A DNA stretch of 64,000 bases, taken from Candidatus Cloacimonadales bacterium (GTDB taxonomy: Bacteria; Cloacimonadota; Cloacimonadia; Cloacimonadales; JAFGVF01). The position numbers and the translations under genes are program-made. The DNA lies in assembly GCA_963678315.1 (NCBI GenBank), contig OY782781.1, positions 2,304,001-2,368,000 of the forward strand. Reading direction: 5' to 3'. Shown piece after piece: positions 19,807 to 29,791 of the stretch (positions are counted from its first letter, which is position 1; each line of letters starts with the position of its first letter). Under the pieces are notes generated by a model. It had not been told where the DNA came from. It searched no databases and saw only the letters and a program-made list of their open reading frames with translations.

Positions 19807-21151
19807 AAAAACCTTCTTGTAATCTTTTTTTATGCATCCTATCCATTGATGCGATAAGAGCAAAAATTAACATCAACTCGTAAAAGTTGTTTGTCTGTTT
19901 CAGAACCCATTCTAAACCAGATTCTATATATATAGCCAACAAACCGCCAACTAATCCAATACATATAAACTGTTCGTTTTGTCCTCTAAATCTAAACATA
20001 TTAATCAAGTTTAAGAAATAATAGTAGAATAGGAAAACAAAAAAGATAGCTAATGTATGCCAACCACTCTCAGCAGCAATCATAAGATAAATTGTTTCAA
20101 CTAAGCCATTTTTTTCATCTGCATCTTCTACATCATTCATCTCAATATGGGAGCTATAAGGATATGGAGGATTGATAGCTTTACCAAAATTGTTCAAGCC
20201 AACCCCCATGTACATTAGTTTTTTATCACCAGCCATTTTAACTGCAGCTTGAGCTAAGGCAACCCTTACAAGGGCTGACTCTTCTGGAGCTGTTCTAAAT
20301 CTTTCGGATATTGAATCCCATGCTTTGATTAACACCCCCGTACTCATCGCTATTAAAATTAGCGTAACCCCCATCTTTTTCATGGAAAAGCCACTTAGAA
20401 ATGATAAACCTAATATAATTATGATAGCAAATCCAAATAATGCTAACCCGGCTCTCGACAATGTCGATAGAATAGATACAGCTGCCATACCAAATATACC
20501 TAACCAAATTACAAGTTTATCAGTTGGCATATCTTCCTTATTTACTAGATATGAAAAGGTTATTGAACCAAATATAATCATATACATAACTAAAGAGTTC
20601 TGATGAGGAAATGGACCAGCTGTTTGAAATTTACCATCTAAATACTTTTGTTTAAATACTTCATAAAAAACATATATTGAGATTGCAGCAATACCTTTTA
20701 ACAAATCAAAGTATTTTTGAGGTTTATCTAAATAGTTATATGCTGTCCAAAAGAAGAAATACATCCTAAACATTTTCCACAATTCAAACATTGAGAATAA
20801 TGGAAAATCTGCATTTATAATTGATAATGTACTAAGACCTACGTAGGCAAAAAACCATTGTGTACCTACAGGTATTCTATTTCCAGGTGGTTTCCTATGT
20901 ACTACTAATAAGTATATTATCATAGTACATATATCAACCATTCCTATTTCAAAACCTTTTGAGGTTAATCTTTCAGTTTCCCTAGAGACGAAATTTATAT
21001 CTTCCATTCTAGCTGTAAAGAATACCATCAAGAAGAAAATAGCTCTTTCAACTTTTTCGTTCTTGAGAGAAGCAGAGTAACCCATAGGGACTCCAATTCC
21101 CATAACTAGAAAAAATATTACGTATTTAAATGCACTGAGAGCTTCAGTCAT
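19787..21151 (-). CDS. O-antigen ligase / Wzy polymerase-like membrane protein
   Basis: About 12 TM segments; GPFPHQN, TLSRAG, GVGLNNF, YLMIAAESG. Confidence 0.82.
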   Translation of the reverse strand: MTEALSAFKYVIFFLVMGIGVPMGYSASLKNEKVERAIFFLMVFFTARMEDINFVSRETERLTSKGFEIGMVDICTMIIYLLVVHRKPPGNRIPVGTQWFFAYVGLSTLSIINADFPLFSMFELWKMFRMYFFFWTAYNYLDKPQKYFDLLKGIAAISIYVFYEVFKQKYLDGKFQTAGPFPHQNSLVMYMIIFGSITFSYLVNKEDMPTDKLVIWLGIFGMAAVSILSTLSRAGLALFGFAIIIILGLSFLSGFSMKKMGVTLILIAMSTGVLIKAWDSISERFRTAPEESALVRVALAQAAVKMAGDKKLMYMGVGLNNFGKAINPPYPYSSHIEMNDVEDADEKNGLVETIYLMIAAESGWHTLAIFFVFLFYYYFLNLINMFRFRGQNEQFICIGLVGGLLAIYIESGLEWVLKQTNNFYELMLIFALIASMDRMHKKRLQEGFYEKSDR

Positions 21152-21162
21152 GTTGTTTTATC

Positions 21163-22212
21163 TTAATTATTATCTTGTATTATTTCATTAATCAGATAAC
21201 CACTTTGTACTGCTTGTAATGATGGCAATATTTGCTCAATAATTAGGTTCCATTCAGCAATAGGAGTTTTTGGGACAAAGACTATATCATTTGGCTTCAA
21301 TCTAAAGTCCATAATTTCACCTTGATAAATTGCATCTAAATCAATTTTAAACAGTCTTGGATGTTTTAAGTTTCCACGAACAAGATAAACTTTTGAAGTT
21401 TTTGCTGATTCTTTCAAACCTTGAGCAAAAGCAATAATTTGTCCTAGAGTCATGTTTTCTTTGAAAGCAAAATGTCCTTGTTCATTTACTTCTCCTACAA
21501 CATAAACTTCTCTGTTAATAGCAGATGGTAAGTAAATATAATCTCCATCCATTAGTGGTATGTTATGGAGCATATTCCCTTCTTTAATAAGTTTATAAAA
21601 ATCAACAGGTAGAACATCATTATCTCTTATAATAAAAGATCTTTCTAAATCTGCCAGCTCAGTTGAGTTATTTTGAAAATAACCTAAAGCCAAACCACCA
21701 GACTTAGCAATTAAATCTAATATTCTCATTTCACCAGTAATCTTATATTGTTGAGGATAAGTCACTTTACCAAGTATTGTAACATTACCACTATTTATTT
21801 CGTAGGGTACAATCGTTACTTGTGGGTATGCTATGAAATCATTAAGTTTACTTTCTATTAGTGCTTTTGCATCCAACATTGTAAGACCTTCAACTTTAAC
21901 TTCCCCAATTAGTGGAAATGTGATTGCCCCATCTCTTTTAACAATTAATTCTTTAGTATTTAATTCTTCTTCATCATAAACATAGGCATGAAATTTATCA
22001 TCAGGACCTATTCTATATTCAGGCATTTTAACCTTTTGTAACTTACTTAACTCATCAATCGTTTGTTGATCTTCTTTAGCTGCAGTAGTAGTTTCTTCGA
22101 GATATTCAGCAGGTACATCGATATTTTCTTCAATATAACTATCATAAGGATTCTTTGTACAAGAAAATAACAACAACAAAACAGGAATAACTAGTATTTT
22201 TTTTATCTTCAT
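21163..22212 (-). CDS. wza: Polysaccharide export lipoprotein (Wza/OPX) with SLBB repeats
   Basis: Lipobox LFSC; YRIGPDD, DGAITFPLIGEVKVEGLT, VYVVGEV, DIVFVP. Confidence 0.9.
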   Translation of the reverse strand: MKIKKILVIPVLLLLFSCTKNPYDSYIEENIDVPAEYLEETTTAAKEDQQTIDELSKLQKVKMPEYRIGPDDKFHAYVYDEEELNTKELIVKRDGAITFPLIGEVKVEGLTMLDAKALIESKLNDFIAYPQVTIVPYEINSGNVTILGKVTYPQQYKITGEMRILDLIAKSGGLALGYFQNNSTELADLERSFIIRDNDVLPVDFYKLIKEGNMLHNIPLMDGDYIYLPSAINREVYVVGEVNEQGHFAFKENMTLGQIIAFAQGLKESAKTSKVYLVRGNLKHPRLFKIDLDAIYQGEIMDFRLKPNDIVFVPKTPIAEWNLIIEQILPSLQAVQSGYLINEIIQDNN

Positions 22213-22218
22213 ATATAC

Positions 22219-24237
22219 CTACAATAAATCAATGTAATATTCTTTTTCTATGCAGTTAAGAACTCCATATATTCTAGAAACTTGTTTTTCTCTTAAATAG
22301 TTAACCAGATTATAAACATCAACACGAGGAGAATGTTTAAATTTGCTAACTATGATATTAGCATCAGCAGATTTAGCTATAGCATGATATAACTGAATAT
22401 TATACCTTGAAGGGAAAAGTTCCCATATAATAAAATCATAATCTAAGAACAATCCATAAAGCCTATGGAAATCGGAAGCAGAATACATTTTCTTAAATAT
22501 TTGCTCTCCCGACCAGAAATAACATTTATCAAGATTTTCTGATATTTTTTTAATTTCAAAGCGATTATTATCGTCGAGATATGTATTTATTTCATAATCT
22601 TCAATCTCAATTGATAGCTCTTTTATAGCTTCAATAACCATGATTTTCTTAGAGCTAGAAATCATCTTAGTAAATTCATTAGTTACGAATGATTTTCCAG
22701 TTTCTGGAGCAGCGCTTCCTATAGCAATGACTGGTGGTTTTGAGACATCTTCAACTATATCAAAGACATTATCTAAAATGTACTGTAAATTGGAATAGAA
22801 CTTGTTTGGATCTGCTCCTTCTTCAGATTGAATTTCACCAATTAATGGAATACCAATATACTTATCATATTCTAGTCTAGACTTGATTCTATAATCAAAT
22901 AATTCTTTTCCTAAGAAGAATGCAGAAAAAGCAAAGAATATGAATATCCCAACACCTAAAACAACTGTCTTCTTACTCATATTGATAGGATATTCAGGTA
23001 ATGTCGCTTTTTCAAATAATTGAAAGTCATTAGTATTAGTATCTAATGCCATTCTTGATTCGGCAATCCTGCCTTCAATAATTCTTAAAATATCCTTATT
23101 GAGTTCTAATTGTCTTACAAGTTCAATATAATCATCATTTATTGTATTGAATTCTTTAAGTCCGTTTCTTATTTTATTAATTTCTGTTTGGTATTCTTTT
23201 AGGTTAACTCTTGCTGCTTGGAGTTCACCTTCGTATCTTGTTTTATCAACTTGATATGTTTGGATTAAACCATTTGGTCCCCAGCTTGTATTATCTGGAG
23301 GGTCTGCTAATCTATCAGGATTAGCAATACGAGATTTAAGTGTATCAATCTCAGCTTTAACTTTTAAAATCTTAGGATTTTTATCTGTATACCTTGTTAG
23401 CATAAGTTCTAAATCTTTTTGAAGAAGGACAAGTTTCTTTTCGTCTGAATTAGAATAACTCCAGGTTAGCATAACATCTTGAGGTAAATTAGTAATTTTA
23501 TTGTTCAAATCTCTAATCTTAATATTCATCTCATCAGTTTTCATGAGAGTTTCAATCTTTCTAACTTCTAGAAGTTTAAGTTTCTCAAACATTTGATCTC
23601 TTTCTGCGTCAATTTCGATAACATCATACTTCTTTTGAAATTCTAGTATTGCTTCTTCAAGATTTGCTATTTCTTTGAGTCTTTCAGTTCTCTTTTTTGA
23701 ATAGTAGATATTGACGCTATCTGCAGATGAATTTTGTAACAATACACTTGTTTCAATAAATGTTTCACCAAGAACGTTAGCTAATTCAACAGCCATTTCT
23801 GGATCTTCATGAACAACACTAAAAGAAAGAACATTAGATCTATGACCTCTTTGTACGTCAATCATACGTCCAATGTCATTAGGTTCATAACCTTCCATAT
23901 TAAGTTTTTCAATTATACGTTCAAGAATAGGTCTACTTCTTGCTGTCTCTAAAATTGTATTTATATCAAAAGCGTTATAGAGATATGGCATGTCTGTAGG
24001 AGTTGAAATATTCTTCTGCATCCTTATAATACGGCAATTAGCTTTCCATGCTGGTTTTATTTTAATTGAAACTAAAACAGAAACAATCAACATAAGAACA
24101 AATGTGATTATAACAATCCATTTTAAGTTTGCTTTATAAGAGGTTATCAAAACTCTCTTGTCAATAACTAAACCAGATTTGTCTTCTTCCTTTGCTGAAC
24201 CAGGTAAACTATGATCTACTTTTAAATCTTCTGACAT
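22219..24237 (-). CDS. wzc: Wzc/GumC polysaccharide co-polymerase with degenerate tyrosine-kinase domain
   Basis: TM, long coiled coil, TM, then cytoplasmic AAPETGKS Walker A and a GVLN tail. Confidence 0.82.
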   Translation of the reverse strand: MSEDLKVDHSLPGSAKEEDKSGLVIDKRVLITSYKANLKWIVIITFVLMLIVSVLVSIKIKPAWKANCRIIRMQKNISTPTDMPYLYNAFDINTILETARSRPILERIIEKLNMEGYEPNDIGRMIDVQRGHRSNVLSFSVVHEDPEMAVELANVLGETFIETSVLLQNSSADSVNIYYSKKRTERLKEIANLEEAILEFQKKYDVIEIDAERDQMFEKLKLLEVRKIETLMKTDEMNIKIRDLNNKITNLPQDVMLTWSYSNSDEKKLVLLQKDLELMLTRYTDKNPKILKVKAEIDTLKSRIANPDRLADPPDNTSWGPNGLIQTYQVDKTRYEGELQAARVNLKEYQTEINKIRNGLKEFNTINDDYIELVRQLELNKDILRIIEGRIAESRMALDTNTNDFQLFEKATLPEYPINMSKKTVVLGVGIFIFFAFSAFFLGKELFDYRIKSRLEYDKYIGIPLIGEIQSEEGADPNKFYSNLQYILDNVFDIVEDVSKPPVIAIGSAAPETGKSFVTNEFTKMISSSKKIMVIEAIKELSIEIEDYEINTYLDDNNRFEIKKISENLDKCYFWSGEQIFKKMYSASDFHRLYGLFLDYDFIIWELFPSRYNIQLYHAIAKSADANIIVSKFKHSPRVDVYNLVNYLREKQVSRIYGVLNCIEKEYYIDLL

Positions 24238-24248
24238 TCTTGTATTTC

Positions 24249-25385
24249 CTAATTATGCAATTCCCAAGATTTAATGAATTTTTTATATGCATTTTTTAAA
24301 TTTTTATTGTTTTCATTTAAGTCAAGGTAATGAAAGATGTCAATTGTTTTTTTATCAAACAAGAAAAAGGGAAGGACTTGAAACAAAACAAACCTAGGAT
24401 TTAATTTATAGAAGTTCTTCCTTAATATTCCTATTCCATTGTCTCGTATGTTTTTATACATGTTCTTCAACATGCATTCATTTTGTAATTCTTGCTTACA
24501 AACGTTATCAATTTTATTATTATACATCTCAAGATTTAACTCATTTTTTATTTCATTGTTAAATAGGAAGTTATATAATACTTCGTAATCATGTAAAACT
24601 TCTTGATATTCTTCTAAGTAGTTGTTTTTTGTCAAATTAGCTTTATTGGGGTGAAATTTAAAGTTACTTGCAGTTATATAGTTCTTGTATAAGTTTAGTT
24701 TTTTCACCGTTTCATCATCAGCTAAAGACTCATAAATCTCCCTTCTTTTTTTATAAGAGTAGTGAAATTTATCAATCAGGATAAGGTAGGCATCCCCCAT
24801 TGCTAATTGAGCTTTTCTTATATTCCTTAAAACGAATTCACGACTTTCTTGGCTTTCTTCAAATGTATCAAAATGCTCTTTACATAATAGCAAGCCTACT
24901 CCTCTATTCAAGAGTAATCTATAAGCCTCCATGATTGGCATTTTTGTTTTTGTGTAATCAGGAAAATAGTCTTTTATATTTTTATTACCATAAATAACCT
25001 TTAAACCATATTTTAGTTCATACCACATCATCCAATGAGGTGCCTTAGATATTGACTTTACAGTTTGAATCGGTCCCACATCAACATCTATCCCATATTT
25101 AGGAGTGAATTTTCTATGTATTTGAATCATTCTATCCTGGTATATTTTTTTCTTTTTATGACTTATATTTTTTGTTATAACAAATAAATCATAGTCATTA
25201 TATAATGATTCTTTATCCCCCTCGATTAATACGCCCCCTTCCCCACGTCCATAACCTCCGCCAAGAACAAAGGCTACTAAATCTTTAGGATTAATTAGGG
25301 TTAATAATTCTTCCGTAATTTCAGATAACTGTTTATCTATTTCTTGCTCAAGTTTTTTAGACCCATCTAAAGTGTATTGTCCCAT
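24249..25385 (-). CDS. DNA-polymerase-beta superfamily nucleotidyltransferase-like protein of unknown substrate
   Basis: VLGGGYGRGEG...YNDYDLFVI (hG[G/S]..DxD), later DVDV, and a helical C-terminal domain. Confidence 0.7.
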   Translation of the reverse strand: MGQYTLDGSKKLEQEIDKQLSEITEELLTLINPKDLVAFVLGGGYGRGEGGVLIEGDKESLYNDYDLFVITKNISHKKKKIYQDRMIQIHRKFTPKYGIDVDVGPIQTVKSISKAPHWMMWYELKYGLKVIYGNKNIKDYFPDYTKTKMPIMEAYRLLLNRGVGLLLCKEHFDTFEESQESREFVLRNIRKAQLAMGDAYLILIDKFHYSYKKRREIYESLADDETVKKLNLYKNYITASNFKFHPNKANLTKNNYLEEYQEVLHDYEVLYNFLFNNEIKNELNLEMYNNKIDNVCKQELQNECMLKNMYKNIRDNGIGILRKNFYKLNPRFVLFQVLPFFLFDKKTIDIFHYLDLNENNKNLKNAYKKFIKSWELHN

Positions 25386-25387
25386 AA

Positions 25388-25996
25388 TTACCTCAAAAGT
25401 TCGTTTAAATATCCACTTATCATTAGTAGTACTCTATCAAATTTCTTTTCACCTGGAATTATTATATCTGCTTGTTTTTTGGTTGTTTCAATAAAAACTT
25501 CATGCATGGGCTTCACAGTTTCAATATATTGGTGAAGAACCTCTTTCAGGGTAAATCCCCTTTGTTCAATATCTCTATGAATTCTCCTAGCCAGTCTTAA
25601 ATCAGCATCAGTATCTACATATATCTTTAAAGATGCTATTTCAACAAGTTCTTTAAAATATAGAGCAAAAATCCCTTCTAGAATAATAACATCATAGTCA
25701 GGCTCAACACGTATGCCATCAACTCTTTTATGAGTGATAAAATCATAATCAGGGATATTTACAGACTTTCCTGATATCATTTTCCTAACATCTTCAATTA
25801 ATCTATCATTATCAATTGAATTTGGATGGTCAAAATTTATTTCTTTGATTTCATCCTCAGTATAATTACTTAGATCTCTATAATAGTTATCATGTGAAAA
25901 AGTAAAGATTCTAGCATTTTCTAGTACTTTTCTAATCTGATTAGCTATTGTAGTTTTACCAGAACTAGTTCCTCCGCCGATTAAAATTAAATGCAT
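25388..25996 (-). CDS. udk: Uridine kinase
   Basis: GGGTSSGKTT, DNYYRD, NFDHP, EGIF, RLARRIHRD, VKPMH. Confidence 0.92.
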   Translation of the reverse strand: MHLILIGGGTSSGKTTIANQIRKVLENARIFTFSHDNYYRDLSNYTEDEIKEINFDHPNSIDNDRLIEDVRKMISGKSVNIPDYDFITHKRVDGIRVEPDYDVIILEGIFALYFKELVEIASLKIYVDTDADLRLARRIHRDIEQRGFTLKEVLHQYIETVKPMHEVFIETTKKQADIIIPGEKKFDRVLLMISGYLNELLR

Positions 25997-26002
25997 AATA
26001 GC

Positions 26003-27391
26003 TTACCAAAAAAGTCTCATAACTGTTATTTTTATATAGATATATAGATTCTTAAAGAAATTGTGGTTGTTTAGATAATAAAGTTCATGAATCTCTTCAT
26101 CATTACCAAATCCAGGATTAAGACTTTCCCAATAACTATAGACTCCTGGTTTATATACAGACATTGCATTTATTAGTTGAACATGCTTCCTATTCTGCGT
26201 TAGCATCTTATTTCCCACTAATAAAAGTTTTCCTGCCACAACTAAGAAAAGAAAAGGATATTTATCTAAAGAAAATTTCTTAATGAATTTAATTATAGGA
26301 TGTTTTCTTTGCACCTCAAAATCAAAGAACTTTATTAGTTTTTTTGATTTATTGATATAGAATCTATTTACTAGATGTTTTTTATTATGAACAAATATAA
26401 TAAAAGGTAAAACTAGAAGAAATGGTATTGTTTGGATTATAATCTGTATCAATGCTATTAATATCTGAGCTAAATGTTCAAAGCGTGAGACTATTTTATC
26501 TTTACTTGTTCCTGATATTAAAAAGTCATCGGTCATATCAACAATTTCACCACTTAATCCAGAGATTAGAGTATTCTGATAGACAATCTTATTTTTTATT
26601 TCTAGGTCTTTACTAATGAAAGAATTGCTATAAATAATACTTGATTCAATATTAGTTAAAGAATCAACTATAACTCCATCTCCTATAACTGCTTTTCCGC
26701 CTATAGAAGTCATCTCTCCTAATCTAACATTATTACCAATCATAACAGGTGTTTTGATTTTAGCAGATAAAGGATAAGTAACATTCATACCAACATAAGC
26801 TCTTTCTTCGCTACTATAACCTGGTAAGACATAATTAATACAATCATGTTCAATAATCTTCATGGATAGGTTATAGTAATCAGGTATAGAATGTAAATCT
26901 ACGATGTTAAAGAACTTTGATTCTTTTCTTTCTTCTTCTAAACTAAGATTCTTTAACGAAAACCCTTTTCTTAAGTAAGTAATGTTTGCTGAGTTAAGTT
27001 TTGACAAATCTGCTTTGACATCATCGATACTCTCAGAGATTTGCTTTATTACATATTCTAAGAAAAAGAAGCCCGAGAATATTAAAATATCATTATCTTT
27101 GCAGAATGAGTAATTCTTTAAAATAACTTTTTTTATATTATCTTCCGGCTTGGCAATGTTGTAGGAGATTTCTACTCCCCATTTTTTACCATCGCTAAAA
27201 TATTTATTAATTTGCTCAGTTGAAGAATTGCTAACAATCCTAATATCATTGATATTCAGTACAGAACACAGGTCTATCCAGTATTCCAACAAAGGCTTGT
27301 TAACAATTCTCAACAAATAAGGATTCAAATTGGATAGTTTATTAACTACCCAATTTTCATCTTCAATATTAGCATAAATTAAACATTTCAT
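26003..27391 (-). CDS. Fusion: degenerate sugar-1-phosphate nucleotidyltransferase + left-handed beta-helix + degenerate phosphoglycosyl-transferase domain
   Basis: PYLLRIVNKPLL and YFSDGKKWGVEISY (NTP_transferase-like, without GxGTR); hexapeptide-like PVMIGNNVRLG/AVIGDGVIVD; C-terminal SLDKYPFL...GKLLLVG...KPG. Confidence 0.72.
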   Translation of the reverse strand: MKCLIYANIEDENWVVNKLSNLNPYLLRIVNKPLLEYWIDLCSVLNINDIRIVSNSSTEQINKYFSDGKKWGVEISYNIAKPEDNIKKVILKNYSFCKDNDILIFSGFFFLEYVIKQISESIDDVKADLSKLNSANITYLRKGFSLKNLSLEEERKESKFFNIVDLHSIPDYYNLSMKIIEHDCINYVLPGYSSEERAYVGMNVTYPLSAKIKTPVMIGNNVRLGEMTSIGGKAVIGDGVIVDSLTNIESSIIYSNSFISKDLEIKNKIVYQNTLISGLSGEIVDMTDDFLISGTSKDKIVSRFEHLAQILIALIQIIIQTIPFLLVLPFIIFVHNKKHLVNRFYINKSKKLIKFFDFEVQRKHPIIKFIKKFSLDKYPFLFLVVAGKLLLVGNKMLTQNRKHVQLINAMSVYKPGVYSYWESLNPGFGNDEEIHELYYLNNHNFFKNLYIYIKITVMRLFW

Positions 27392-27400
27392 TTTTATCTA

Positions 27401-27736
27401 TCAAACTTCGTAGCTCATTACAGCAGCGTCAACATCATCATATATTTCGAATATTTTATAAGCTCTTGTAATCTCAAATACCATTCTTGGTTTTTCTGAC
27501 ATATTAGCTATCTTAATATCTCCCTCTTTTTCAGAAATAGCTTTTAAACAAGCAACTAAACTTCCTAGACCTGTACTATCAATAAAATCTAATTTACTTA
27601 GATCAAACACAAAATTGATAGTTTGTTCACTATATTCAGTAAACCTATCTTTCATTTCTGTGGCATTGTAAGCGTCTAATCGTCCTGTTACTTGAATTAT
27701 ACCAACACTGTTTTGAAGTTCAAAATTAATATCCAT
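27401..27736 (-). CDS. STAS-domain anti-sigma factor antagonist (SpoIIAA/RsbV/SypA-like)
   Basis: GRLDAYNA, FDLSKLDFIDSTGLG (phosphorylatable Ser), VFEITR; GGAGG RBS. Confidence 0.92.
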   Translation of the reverse strand: MDINFELQNSVGIIQVTGRLDAYNATEMKDRFTEYSEQTINFVFDLSKLDFIDSTGLGSLVACLKAISEKEGDIKIANMSEKPRMVFEITRAYKIFEIYDDVDAAVMSYEV

Positions 27737-27763
27737 AACTCCTCCAAAAATTTATTTTTTTTA

Positions 27764-28477
27764 TTAGTAAGCACCTTTCCCACTAATCACAGCTGGAATT
27801 GTCATTAGTAGTATTTTTATATCTTTCCAGATACTATTTGATTTTATATAAGTCATATCCAATTCTACTTGTTCGTTAAATGGTATATCTGAACGACCTT
27901 TAACTTGCCAAAGGCATGTTATACCTGGCATAACATGCAGTCTTTTTCTATCAACAAGAGTATACTCTGCTACTTCACGTGGCAATGGAGGTCTTGGTCC
28001 AACCAAACTCATATCACCTTTTAAGACATTGAATAGTTGAGGAAGTTCGTCAATACTAAATCTTCTTATAAATCTTCCTGTTTTCGTAACGCGAGGGTCT
28101 TTTTTCATCTTAAAGATGACCCCATCACCTGATTCATTTTGCTCTAACAACTTATCTTTAACCTTGTCAGCATTCATAATCATAGATCTAAATTTGATAA
28201 AACCAAAATGTGTTCCATCTTTACCGACACGAGGAGCAATATAAAAAACAGGACCAGGATCTTCTATATAAATACAAATAGCAGTAATTATAAATATTGG
28301 TGATAGAAGTAATAACATTACAGAAGATATTACAATATCAGTAGTTGCTTTGAATAATTTAACTGCCTTTATAGTGTTATCCCAAATCGCTACTTTCATA
28401 GAAATAGACGATTTACTTCTTTTAGAAGTTAGTTTCATTATCCTGTCAATTCTTTCTTGTCTAATTTTATTATTCAT
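27764..28477 (-). CDS. Priming monotopic phosphoglycosyl transferase (Bac_transf; PglC/WcaJ C-terminal type)
   Basis: KFRSM, DPRVT, SIDELPQLFNVLKGDMSLVGPRP, PGITCLWQV, GAY. Confidence 0.93.
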   Translation of the reverse strand: MNNKIRQERIDRIMKLTSKRSKSSISMKVAIWDNTIKAVKLFKATTDIVISSVMLLLLSPIFIITAICIYIEDPGPVFYIAPRVGKDGTHFGFIKFRSMIMNADKVKDKLLEQNESGDGVIFKMKKDPRVTKTGRFIRRFSIDELPQLFNVLKGDMSLVGPRPPLPREVAEYTLVDRKRLHVMPGITCLWQVKGRSDIPFNEQVELDMTYIKSNSIWKDIKILLMTIPAVISGKGAY

Positions 28478-29790
28478 ATCTTACTTCTCTTTTTTTTCCA
28501 TTTTGAAACTCTATATAAGAAAAGAGGATTACCGATTATGTATCGTCTCCACATTCTTTTTGGTTCTTTATATAGTCGATATAGCCATTCCATACCAATT
28601 TCCCGCATCCACTTGGGTGCTCTATTCATTTGGCCTGAATAAAAGTCAAACAATCCACCAACACCTATTTGAACGTTAGCTTTTAATTTATCGTGATAAT
28701 TAGTTATCCATTTTTCTTGTAAAGGAACTCCGAAAGCCACTAACAATATATCAGCCTTGCTTTCATTTATTTCTTCAACAATCGTCTCACTGTCTTTATC
28801 CCAGTCAAAGTAACCATCTCTACAACCTACAATTTGAAGATTATTATACTTTTGTTCAAGCTTTTTTTTCATTTTTTCAGCAATACCAACTTTTGCACCA
28901 AAGAGGAAAACTTTATATCCTTTTTGTTGAGATAGTTGGCAAACAAAAGGTAGCATATCTGTGCCATTAACATTTTCAATTAATGGGGTTCCTAATTTTT
29001 TACAGGCAATACTAATACCTATACCATCTGGGAAAATATAATCAGCTTTCTCTAGAATTTCAAAGTATTGCTTATCTACATATAGTTTATTCATACAATC
29101 AGGATTAACAAAGAATATTTTTTTTCTTTCCTTTGAAATAATTGTATTGTCAATAATATTAATTGCATCAGCCATGGTTATATTATCGAAATCCATATCA
29201 AAGATTGTCAGCTTCTTTTCATAATGTGCATCTTGATTTCTATATAAAAGTGCTGGAATCGATTTAAGCAATATACTTAGTTTTGTTTTAAAACTGATAT
29301 TTTCTAAATATTCAAGTTCTGTAGATAACAATCCTTCATGAGCTATTTTAGTAGATTCACGTATAAACCACAAACTAAACACACCAGGATTTACAAATTC
29401 TAGGACTTGTTTTAGGTCAGCATTTTCATTTATTTCTTGTTCAGTTATAAAACTATTACCTACAAGTTTTATTTTTTTTATAAGAATAGAAGGTATCAAT
29501 CCAATTCTACTTAGAATCCAATTATCTGAATTGAACAATTTCACATTTATTATCTTACTTTTCTTATATATATTTTCATTCATCAATATCTTTTTCTTGT
29601 ATATCATTTTTCTAACAAACATAGCTAGAAAGATTGGTATATATACAAACAGGTATAATACTATCAAAAGCATTGTCTCTGCAATTTCAAAAGGTAATGC
29701 TATAATCAATAAGAGCATTTTATTTAAAGAACTTTTATTCTCATTTTTAGCAAACTTATCTTTAATTGATTTCAGCTTTTGATTATCCAT
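28474..29790 (-). CDS. WecB/TagA/CpsF glycosyltransferase (GT26) with an N-terminal degenerate phosphoglycosyl-transferase domain
   Basis: FVNPD, PDGIGI, NGTD, GVPLQEKWI, GVGGLFDF, RAPKW...EWLYRL...RRY; N-terminal KIKLVG...NPGVFSLW. Confidence 0.88.
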   Translation of the reverse strand: MDNQKLKSIKDKFAKNENKSSLNKMLLLIIALPFEIAETMLLIVLYLFVYIPIFLAMFVRKMIYKKKILMNENIYKKSKIINVKLFNSDNWILSRIGLIPSILIKKIKLVGNSFITEQEINENADLKQVLEFVNPGVFSLWFIRESTKIAHEGLLSTELEYLENISFKTKLSILLKSIPALLYRNQDAHYEKKLTIFDMDFDNITMADAINIIDNTIISKERKKIFFVNPDCMNKLYVDKQYFEILEKADYIFPDGIGISIACKKLGTPLIENVNGTDMLPFVCQLSQQKGYKVFLFGAKVGIAEKMKKKLEQKYNNLQIVGCRDGYFDWDKDSETIVEEINESKADILLVAFGVPLQEKWITNYHDKLKANVQIGVGGLFDFYSGQMNRAPKWMREIGMEWLYRLYKEPKRMWRRYIIGNPLFLYRVSKWKKKRSKI

Positions 29791-29791
29791 C

